Source: a virus
Taxonomy: Duplodnaviria; Heunggongvirae; Uroviricota; Caudoviricetes; Herelleviridae
Strand: one strand, 5' to 3'
Length of the DNA stretch: 64,000 nt
IMG/VR virus record: IMGVR_UViG_2706795655_000001
Shown: in pieces, positions 57,623 through 64,000 of the stretch
Position numbering within the stretch: position 1 is the stretch's first letter
Layout of the letters: every line of letters begins with the position of its first letter
Translations under genes and position numbers: made by a program
The notes under the pieces: generated by a model
The model's input: only the letters and a program-made list of their open reading frames with translations
Database searches by the model: none
What the model was told of the DNA's origin: nothing

Positions 57623-57955
57623 GTGGTAAACAAAATAGAAGAACTAAGAAAATTCGTGGAGGATAAAGCGGAAAACTTTAATAGTCTAAATGACTCATCT
57701 GATGTAATCGTAATGATAGTACTAAATGATATCCTAGATAAGATTGATGAACTACAAAATGGGAAGCTAATGTACATCGTTCAATACCAAGACTTAAAAG
57801 GTGAGAATACATACGAAGATTACTCACGATATAAATCAGCATCAGAAATTTACTACTACCAGATTAAAGCGGTAGCGAAGAGCGTAAAGATGTTAATGGA
57901 AGTTGATGGAATCAGAGTAACTATCCTAGATTCGGAGGGTGACAAAGATGAATAG
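57623..57955 (+). CDS. Hypothetical protein
   Basis: GTG start after AAAGGGGA. Confidence 0.35.
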   Translation: MVNKIEELRKFVEDKAENFNSLNDSSDVIVMIVLNDILDKIDELQNGKLMYIVQYQDLKGENTYEDYSRYKSASEIYYYQIKAVAKSVKMLMEVDGIRVTILDSEGDKDE

Positions 57956-58226
57956 ACAAGTCGGAATCGAAAAGGTATGGCACGAATATGTAAAAGAAGG
58001 ATTCTTCATTTTCAGTATACCAAGCGGAGTGGAGTTTAAGGACTCTGCAAGGTACGTGCTAAACAACTACGTGGGTAATTCAAATTTAAATATCTATAAA
58101 AGAAAAGAGAACCTAGATAAGAATCACGCACTAGCTATTGAAAAGCTTTTGGAAGAGTACGATAATGTTTATATCGGAAACGAGACATATATTTGCGGAA
58201 AGCAAGGTGACAAAGATGAGAATTGA
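57948..58226 (+). CDS. Hypothetical small protein
   Basis: ATG after GGAGGGTG. Confidence 0.35.
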   Translation: MNRQVGIEKVWHEYVKEGFFIFSIPSGVEFKDSARYVLNNYVGNSNLNIYKRKENLDKNHALAIEKLLEEYDNVYIGNETYICGKQGDKDEN

Positions 58227-58431
58227 ACGTTGGATTTATGAAGTAAAGTATACATTAAAAGATTGTCCGATGCTTACACGTACATTACCAGATTTATACG
58301 AAGAAGAGGTTATTGCAGAGATTGAAGCGGAGAAGTTAAAGTTAGAGTTAGGTGATACATACGCAGTAGTTAAAGTAGTACCAAGAAAGTTAGTTTCTAA
58401 TGAATATAGGTATGGAGGTAGATGGGCATGA
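58216..58431 (+). CDS. Hypothetical small protein
   Basis: Internal ATG chosen, coupled. Confidence 0.3.
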   Translation: MRIERWIYEVKYTLKDCPMLTRTLPDLYEEEVIAEIEAEKLKLELGDTYAVVKVVPRKLVSNEYRYGGRWA

Positions 58432-58667
58432 GTTTAGAAGACAAGATTAAACAACAAAACGCACTTGAAGATGACATAGCGATGTCTCAAGATTTATCGT
58501 ATGAGTTAGGGAAACAGATATATAAGGAGTTTGAAGAGTTGCCACAAGATAAAATTTTAGAATACTACGACATGATGAATATAGGGAATGCAAGTATTGT
58601 AAGGTACGAAATTTTCAAGAAGTTTATATACGGAAATGAGGCGCTGTTAGGGAGGTTTGAAAAATGA
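58428..58667 (+). CDS. Hypothetical small protein
   Basis: ATG 9 nt after GGAGG. Confidence 0.35.
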   Translation: MSLEDKIKQQNALEDDIAMSQDLSYELGKQIYKEFEELPQDKILEYYDMMNIGNASIVRYEIFKKFIYGNEALLGRFEK

Positions 58668-59113
58668 AACTGGACTATGGTTCGGGAAGACAACCCAAAG
58701 AAGGGTATATGTCTTCTGACTTCATCGGGACACCGAATTACGATTTCTTCATTAAAGACTACTTAGTAATGGACACAGAAGACCATATGTTTGATGCGAT
58801 TCACTGTCGTAACGTAATCCATCATATCCCGGAGAAAGACTTACATATCTTATTTGCAGAGTTTAATAGATTGCTAAAACCAGATGGAGAGCTTATCATT
58901 TCAGAGCCGCGAGAAGAGTTTCATGAGCAAAATAAGTTTATAGATTGGATATGGTATCGCTGGATTACAAACGATACGAACATCATGGTTCCAGATGAGT
59001 ATGTAGATTATAAAAAGTATTTAGTTGATTTCGACATTGTTAGCACCGTAGACCACTACAATAATGAAGTTCTCACGTTAAAGAAAAAACAAATAATGGC
59101 ACAAGCCGTATAA
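58664..59113 (+). CDS. Hypothetical protein
   Basis: GGGAGG RBS. Confidence 0.4.
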   Translation: MKLDYGSGRQPKEGYMSSDFIGTPNYDFFIKDYLVMDTEDHMFDAIHCRNVIHHIPEKDLHILFAEFNRLLKPDGELIISEPREEFHEQNKFIDWIWYRWITNDTNIMVPDEYVDYKKYLVDFDIVSTVDHYNNEVLTLKKKQIMAQAV

Positions 59114-59126
59114 GGAGAGTTTAATT

Positions 59127-59330
59127 ATGATAACAATGGTACAAGCACCAACACCAGATAGACCGGAAGAGAAGTTAGTTAAGTTTATGACGGATAACAG
59201 TTTTTCGAAAGCAGACATCTATGAAGCTCTAAATAATATTGAAGAAGCTAAGTTAACACTACATAATAAAGATTGGGGACTAACGCACCAATCAAACTAT
59301 GTATTTGTGAAAGGAGAGCTAATGCAATGA
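59127..59330 (+). CDS. Hypothetical small protein
   Basis: AAGGAGAG RBS. Confidence 0.4.
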   Translation: MITMVQAPTPDRPEEKLVKFMTDNSFSKADIYEALNNIEEAKLTLHNKDWGLTHQSNYVFVKGELMQ

Positions 59331-59635
59331 ACAACTTATCTAAGATTGCAAGTTTAAAAGCAGAACTGGAAAAATTAGAAAAAGAGCAAGAAGAATTTAA
59401 CGCCTTATCAGAGGACAAGCAGTTAGCGATTACGCTTCATGAGTTAATGTGTAATTGGAATCACACAGATGGTTGTGGATGGGGCTATGAAACTAACGGA
59501 GGAACACATAACTGGGATGGGTACGCGCATAAAAAGTGGCTAGAGCATGCACAACAACTTATTAAACTATGTGCTTGGGATAATGTGGATTTATCGACAG
59601 CGGTAGAAATCTTAAAAATGGGGAAGGGGTTTTAA
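59327..59635 (+). CDS. Hypothetical small protein
   Basis: ATG 9 nt after AAAGGAGAG. Overlaps the upstream stop. Confidence 0.35.
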   Translation: MNNLSKIASLKAELEKLEKEQEEFNALSEDKQLAITLHELMCNWNHTDGCGWGYETNGGTHNWDGYAHKKWLEHAQQLIKLCAWDNVDLSTAVEILKMGKGF

Positions 59636-59637
59636 TT

Positions 59638-59850
59638 ATGACAAACCAAACATTTTACATTATCGAAACAGGTATTGATGAGCTAGGAGTCGGATACCAG
59701 CTTTGTAGAGAGGTACCGGAATGGTGGACTATGGGAGATATTGATGACGATATTCAAGATGATGCAGATACAAATATCGGTGCTGAGTTCAAAGAGTGGG
59801 AATTCCGTTTATCTACGACACCTGTAAAAGAATATGGACTATGGTTGTAA
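59638..59850 (+). CDS. Small acidic protein, paralog A
   Basis: AAGGGG RBS. Shares IIETGI.ELG..Y.LC...P.W....DID..I.D......KEW.FRL..TP...YGL with the next gene. Confidence 0.45.
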   Translation: MTNQTFYIIETGIDELGVGYQLCREVPEWWTMGDIDDDIQDDADTNIGAEFKEWEFRLSTTPVKEYGLWL

Positions 59851-59870
59851 GAAAGGGAGGAGAATGAATT

Positions 59871-60203
59871 ATGCCGTACAAAAATAAAATCGAAGGTATA
59901 AAGCATCAAATATCAATGTTAGAACGCGAGTTAGATAGACTGGAAGATATGCAAAAAGCAGAAGAGGACAAGCAAGCTATCTTTATTATCGAGACAGGTA
60001 TTTGTGATTTAGGTAAACCGTACCTAATATGTGAACAATTACCTTTATGGTATGACTTAGACGATATCGATGGTGAAATTAGGGATGCTATCGAGGTTAA
60101 TGAACATATGAAGTTAAAAGAGTGGTCATTCCGTTTAGCGAATACACCAGAGGAACCCTACGGTTTAGACTATGACGATGACCACGAGTTGATGCACCAA
60201 TAA
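59871..60203 (+). CDS. Small acidic protein, paralog B (N-terminal extension)
   Basis: GGGAGGAG RBS. Clear paralogy to 59638..59850. Confidence 0.45.
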   Translation: MPYKNKIEGIKHQISMLERELDRLEDMQKAEEDKQAIFIIETGICDLGKPYLICEQLPLWYDLDDIDGEIRDAIEVNEHMKLKEWSFRLANTPEEPYGLDYDDDHELMHQ

Positions 60204-60221
60204 AAAGTTTTAAAAAAGATG

Positions 60222-60250
60222 TTTACTTTTAGTAAAAGATAGGCTATAAT
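60222..60250 (+). promoter_or_regulatory. Sigma-A-type promoter TTTACT-N17-TATAAT
   Basis: Verified spacing. Confidence 0.5.
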
Positions 60251-60281
60251 AAAGTTAACAAATAACAAGGGGGAAACGAAA

Positions 60282-61034
60282 ATGACAAAAACACGTAAAG
60301 CTACAACAACTAAAAAGGAAAACAAAGGAGAGGCTAAAATGACGAAAGCTATGTTAATCAATGCAGTATCAAACGAAGAGGTATTTGTTGAAATCAATAA
60401 GGACGACCTAGTAGTAGTTACTCGACAAGATGTAGGCTCTACAGTTTATAATAAACGTTACACAGTGGAAAAAGTAGTTGAACAGTTTACATCAGAAGGT
60501 TGGATTAACGTAACTGAGCAGAACCAAGTAATGAAAAATGCAGAGGCTCCACTACAAGCGCAACCGGAGATTATGGTTATTGAAGAAATTAAACCATTAG
60601 AACCAATTGAAGAAGAAGTTGATGAAAAATCAGTTATGATTGCGGAAGTAGATGCATACACAGAGCTACACGCAGAAATCGCAGCGCTTAATAAAGAATT
60701 AGAGAAGAAGAAAAAAGCGATTCGTACATATATGGATGAAAACAAATTGAAAGTATTAACTGGTACAAAAGGTAAAGAAATCTATCTTCAAACGAACAAA
60801 GCGACTAATTCTTCATCTGAGTACACAACTTACGATGTAAACATGATTAAAGACATCTTATCAGTAGAACAGTACAGCGAAGTTACAGAAGTACGCGTAT
60901 CATCTTCATTACTTAAGAAGAAAATCACAGACAATGAATTTTCTGATGGTGAGTTAAAAGCTATCGAACGCGCTGAGTTCTACAAACTGAATGCTCCTAA
61001 GTTTACAGTACGCAAAGTAAAGGAGGAAAAGTAA
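60282..61034 (+). CDS. Hypothetical protein
   Basis: AAGGGGGAAAC RBS. Confidence 0.4.
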   Translation: MTKTRKATTTKKENKGEAKMTKAMLINAVSNEEVFVEINKDDLVVVTRQDVGSTVYNKRYTVEKVVEQFTSEGWINVTEQNQVMKNAEAPLQAQPEIMVIEEIKPLEPIEEEVDEKSVMIAEVDAYTELHAEIAALNKELEKKKKAIRTYMDENKLKVLTGTKGKEIYLQTNKATNSSSEYTTYDVNMIKDILSVEQYSEVTEVRVSSSLLKKKITDNEFSDGELKAIERAEFYKLNAPKFTVRKVKEEK

Positions 61035-61035
61035 T

Positions 61036-61566
61036 ATGATTAGTGAAGAGGGTAAAAAGTATATTGACGAGGAAATAAAAGCTATTAAAGAAAATATTAA
61101 AGAAATCGAAGCGGAATCTAAAGTAATTGAAGCCACGATTTTAGAGAATATTGTTAAAAGAGAGACTGATAACTCTCCGCATAAGGTATCTGTCTCTACC
61201 TTAACTGATTTAGACTGTGAACAAATTTTAGCAGAGGCTAGAGGAGCTGCACAAATTGAAGAGGTTGTTAACAAGTATGGAGACGATAGAGATGGCGAAG
61301 ACCCGACAGAGTGTGTATGGCAAGATGTAGAAGGTTTAGACTACGGCTGGATGTGGCTACGCTACAAAGAAGAACATATGAAAGAGGTAATGATTGCACA
61401 CATAACAGAGGGTGTACGTGCTTTACAGAAGCGCATGTCTGATGGTGAAGAATTTACATTGGTTAAAACCGTACAAGACGAGTATGGAGACACAGTATCG
61501 TTCCACATACTTGATGTTGTAGAGAATCAGGATTCTACAGTTTGGACATTCTCAATTAAACTGTAG
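61036..61566 (+). CDS. Hypothetical acidic protein
   Basis: AAAGGAGGAAAAG RBS. Confidence 0.4.
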   Translation: MISEEGKKYIDEEIKAIKENIKEIEAESKVIEATILENIVKRETDNSPHKVSVSTLTDLDCEQILAEARGAAQIEEVVNKYGDDRDGEDPTECVWQDVEGLDYGWMWLRYKEEHMKEVMIAHITEGVRALQKRMSDGEEFTLVKTVQDEYGDTVSFHILDVVENQDSTVWTFSIKL

Positions 61567-61573
61567 ATAACAG

Positions 61574-61601
61574 AGAGCGACATTGTTCGCTCTTTTTTTA
61601 A
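61574..61601 (+). terminator. Rho-independent terminator
   Basis: AGAGCGA-loop-TCGCTCT hairpin followed by T7. Confidence 0.7.
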
Positions 61602-61609
61602 TTTCATTG

Positions 61610-61638
61610 TTGACTTTTGGTACAACACATGTTAAGAT
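61610..61638 (+). promoter_or_regulatory. Sigma-A-type promoter TTGACT-N17-TAAGAT (TG-extended)
   Basis: Verified spacing. Confidence 0.6.
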
Positions 61639-61670
61639 ATTAATAGATAAACAAAGAGGAGGAGTTAACA

Positions 61671-62594
61671 ATGCTCACAGTAGCAGAGAAAAAAATTAAA
61701 AACTATGATTTACTTGTACAAGCCAAAGAAGGTTCCGAAGATGCGATGGAACAGTTAATTAAAAACTACGATAAGTTTCTACATAAGGAAGTAGACAAGA
61801 TAACGAAGGTAGCTCATAAAAAACAAGACCTGTACCAAGTAGGTGCTATGACTCTTGTTGAATCAGTACATAAGTTTGACTTGGATAGTGGATACGAATT
61901 TTTATCATATTTATATATGCAGGTTAGAGGTCACATGCTTAATTCTCTCCGAGATATTCGAGTAGCAAAGACACCTACTAAACTAGTTGACCTTAGTAGT
62001 AAGATTAAAAAGAGAGGTTTATCCGATGAACCAGCCGACCATATAAGTAAAGTTCTCGAAGAACCTGTAGAAAAGGTGTATGACGCGCTCATTTACCTTA
62101 GAAACGAAATTCCTCTTAGTACGAATGCACAAGTGGAGGGTGGAGAGAAAAAAAGTAATAACGCGTCTACAGGAACGCTAGGGGATATGATTGAAAAAGA
62201 TATAAATGGTGATGATTGGGAAGAAATGTCTGAACTGCAATACTACATAGATAAATTACCTGAGAAAGAACGTTTCGTTATCACAGAACGATACATAAAT
62301 GACAAGAAGCAGAGTACAGTTGGACAAGCTCTGAATATTAAGCAGCAAAGTGTAGCTAGAATTGAGAAATACGCTCTAGACAACCTTAGAAGCCTTATGA
62401 ATGGTAACGGTCTTATCATTAGAGAAGACAACAGAGGTAAAGGTAGGAAGAATGTAAAAGGGAACCAAGAGTTGGCGAAGGAACTAGTGATGAAAGGTGA
62501 GCTTAAACAAGCAGAGATTCATAGACTAACTGGTGTACCATCCGGGACTATCGCGTATTGGGTATCTCGACTTAAAAAAGGTGAAAAAATTTAA
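61671..62594 (+). CDS. Sigma-70-family RNA polymerase sigma factor with extra C-terminal HTH
   Basis: DLYQVGAMTLVESVHKFDLDSGYEFLSYLYMQVRGHM matches regions 2.1-2.4. LPEKERFVITERYI...QSVARIEKYALDNLR matches region 4. Additional C-terminal HTH (AEIHRLTGVPSGTIAYWV). Confidence 0.65.
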   Translation: MLTVAEKKIKNYDLLVQAKEGSEDAMEQLIKNYDKFLHKEVDKITKVAHKKQDLYQVGAMTLVESVHKFDLDSGYEFLSYLYMQVRGHMLNSLRDIRVAKTPTKLVDLSSKIKKRGLSDEPADHISKVLEEPVEKVYDALIYLRNEIPLSTNAQVEGGEKKSNNASTGTLGDMIEKDINGDDWEEMSELQYYIDKLPEKERFVITERYINDKKQSTVGQALNIKQQSVARIEKYALDNLRSLMNGNGLIIREDNRGKGRKNVKGNQELAKELVMKGELKQAEIHRLTGVPSGTIAYWVSRLKKGEKI

Positions 62595-62603
62595 TAAAAC
62601 TTG

Positions 62604-62632
62604 TTGACTTTAAGTGAAACCCGGTATATAAT
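62604..62632 (+). promoter_or_regulatory. Sigma-A-type promoter TTGACT-N17-TATAAT
   Basis: Verified spacing. Perfect hexamers. Confidence 0.65.
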
Positions 62633-62656
62633 GGTAATTACAAGGAGGTGAGACAA

Positions 62657-62848
62657 GTGAAAGCTAAGGAACTAACAGTAACGGTACTAGCCATTATCGG
62701 GATGTTATCGATAATGAACTACATCATCTTAGTAGCTCCCGGCATCATCAACTTACTGTTCTGGGTTGTAGTTATCATTGTAAGCGTGTTATCTTATAGT
62801 CACTTTGCAAACAAGAAGAAAAATAAAGACAAAGACGCAGGAAAGTAA
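62657..62848 (+). CDS. Small membrane protein (2 TM helices)
   Basis: GTG start 8 nt after AAGGAGG. Hydrophobic. Confidence 0.4.
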   Translation: MKAKELTVTVLAIIGMLSIMNYIILVAPGIINLLFWVVVIIVSVLSYSHFANKKKNKDKDAGK

Positions 62849-62951
62849 TGGTACCTATTTTAAGGAGGTGAACACGAAATGTCAGTAGAAAATAACGTTT
62901 ACGAAATCACTAAATTATTAGCAGAGTACAAAGAGGGAAAGGGTAAGTAAA

Positions 62952-63137
62952 TTGAACGATACAGCACTAGAGAAAATCAGATATGCTAAAGAACACTTAG
63001 AGAGAGCTGAGAGAGCGTTAGTAACAGGTGATATACAGCTTTCTCTAGGTAATTTAGACAAAGTGGAGTTTGATGTAGAAGGAGCCAAGTGGCTGCTAAG
63101 AGATGATATAAAACAGAGGAGGAATTGTAATGAGTAG
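62952..63137 (+). CDS. Hypothetical small protein
   Basis: TTG start after GAGGGAAAGGG. Confidence 0.35.
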   Translation: MNDTALEKIRYAKEHLERAERALVTGDIQLSLGNLDKVEFDVEGAKWLLRDDIKQRRNCNE

Positions 63138-63480
63138 TTTTCTAGATAGAATGTTTGAGAATATGGAGAAGGAATTTGATTTCCGAGGAGAAAGGCTTAC
63201 ATACAACAAGTTAAAAGAAGGTTTAAAGAAAGATAACGTACTAAAGGTTTACGTAGATACTTCTCGATTCGAACGTAAGTTAATGAAGTCTCCAGAAGGA
63301 CAAATGTTCTTATATGAATACGAAGAAGAGATGGTATTCCCGAACGACAGAATTACTGAGCTATTCGTTCTCGTTTCATCTGAGGAAGATGCGGACAAGG
63401 TTAATCGAGACAACTACCCTCACTTCGGAAGACAACACATTTATGTAGGTGAAGCTTGCGCTGTAAGTGTACGAGGTTAA
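63130..63480 (+). CDS. Hypothetical protein
   Basis: AGAGGAGGAA RBS. Confidence 0.4.
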   Translation: MSSFLDRMFENMEKEFDFRGERLTYNKLKEGLKKDNVLKVYVDTSRFERKLMKSPEGQMFLYEYEEEMVFPNDRITELFVLVSSEEDADKVNRDNYPHFGRQHIYVGEACAVSVRG

Positions 63481-63484
63481 TAGG

Positions 63485-63604
63485 ATGCACATCGAATTTA
63501 CGATACCAGAATGGTTAGTAGGAGTTCTAGGAGCTGTAACGATTATCCCTCTACTAGTCATAATCGGATGTATGATTTACGCTTACTGGGCGTTTAAAAA
63601 TTAA
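63485..63604 (+). CDS. 39-aa single-TM mini-protein (absent from ORF track)
   Basis: ATG after AGGTTAATAGG. Hydrophobic core LVGVLGAVTIIPLLVIIGCMIY. Confidence 0.3.
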   Translation: MHIEFTIPEWLVGVLGAVTIIPLLVIIGCMIYAYWAFKN

Positions 63605-63616
63605 GGGGGAACTTAA

Positions 63617-63820
63617 ATGTTGCGATTAACAAATTTATTAACAATATTCTTTTTAAGCTTATGGACAGGTTTCTGTATCATGTCTTTTTATCACTCTACT
63701 TTTGGAGAGTTAACGGAGTTTAAAGATATAGGTAGATTCTTAGGAATCATGGGTCTAGGTCAGTTAGCTCTTATCGTTTACAACCTAGTGGAACTATGGA
63801 AGGAACGTCACAATGACTAA
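63617..63820 (+). CDS. Small membrane protein (2 TM helices)
   Basis: AAGGGGGAAC RBS. Confidence 0.4.
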   Translation: MLRLTNLLTIFFLSLWTGFCIMSFYHSTFGELTEFKDIGRFLGIMGLGQLALIVYNLVELWKERHND

Positions 63821-64000
63821 ACCATACGGGTTACGAAAACGTCTCCAGTCAAAGAGATTCGATAAGGTAGCTTTACTTGAGTATGATAACTACATGTTAA
63901 ATGAAGAGAAGAAGTTACTTGAAGAGTTCCAGTGGGACGCAATCAAGGTATTAACTTACTATTATCACAACAGACCTACAGAAGCGCATTGCATGGTACA
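63813..64000 (+). CDS. Hypothetical protein, 3'-truncated by window edge
   Basis: ATG overlaps the upstream stop. The ORF is still open at nt 64000. Confidence 0.35.
   Translation, partial: MTKPYGLRKRLQSKRFDKVALLEYDNYMLNEEKKLLEEFQWDAIKVLTYYYHNRPTEAHCMV

Noticed and set aside
62880-62951. 23-aa ORF (MSVENNVYEITKLLAEYKEGKGK).
   Set aside because: It has a plausible SD but is too short to support without comparative or expression data.
752-63561. All minus-strand ORFs in the six-frame track (for example 752-970, 967-1302, 8906-9310, 25491-25928, 46903-47391, 60954-61274).
   Set aside because: Every one lies inside a long, well-supported plus-strand gene. They lack SD sequences. Their compositions are biased (Ser/Cys/Leu-rich), typical of antisense frames of AT-rich DNA. 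The whole array is co-oriented with terminators and promoters only on the plus strand.
1-64000. tRNA genes, CRISPR arrays, integrase/att sites and transposases.
   Set aside because: No tRNA-like T-arm signatures (GTTCGAAT/GGTTCGA), no regularly spaced direct repeats and no recombinase-like ORFs were found. The only mobile-element candidate is the HNH homing endonuclease.

Overview
This window is a dense, plus-strand-only gene array that looks like part of a large virulent Firmicute (Bacillus-type) myophage genome, resembling the SPO1-like Herelleviridae. The AT-rich sequence (~38% GC), near-universal AAGGAGG-type Shine-Dalgarno sites and many canonical sigma-A TTGACT-N17-TATAAT promoters support that reading.

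Layout, in order:
- 1-5800: the 3' end of a virion tail/fiber module. Two very large proteins are encoded, and the first is truncated by the window edge.
- 6.0-21.7 kb: a DNA replication and recombination module. It holds an SF2 helicase, two wHTH initiator/loader-like proteins, a DnaB-like helicase, an Mre11/SbcD-like nuclease and Rad50/SbcC-like ATPase, a DnaG-type primase, a free-standing HNH homing endonuclease, a dUTPase-fold protein and an Hjc-like Holliday-junction resolvase.
- 21.8-28 kb: a class Ib ribonucleotide reductase set (nrdE, nrdF, nrdI plus a thioredoxin/NrdH-like protein), with extra small ORFs inserted.
- 29.7-32.4 kb: an HU/TF1-like protein, Cys-rich mini-proteins and an SPFH/band-7 protein.
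- 32.5-35.9 kb: a family-A DNA polymerase carrying a long N-terminal extension and a coiled-coil insertion.
- 36-54 kb: many small genes, a gp32-like SSB candidate with a Q/P/Y-rich tail, a RecA/UvsX-like recombinase, a sigma-like factor, a holin-like membrane protein, a second metallophosphoesterase, a MazG-like protein and a PD-(D/E)xK-like protein.
- 54.1-54.6 kb: a ~420-bp gene-free structured region.
- 54.6-64 kb: an early, host-takeover-like module of tiny genes behind repeated sigma-A promoters, ending with a sigma-70-family factor.

No minus-strand gene, tRNA or CRISPR array is credible. Several real small CDSs shorter than 60 aa are missing from the ORF track and are added below. All functional calls rest on motif recognition by eye; no database search was possible.
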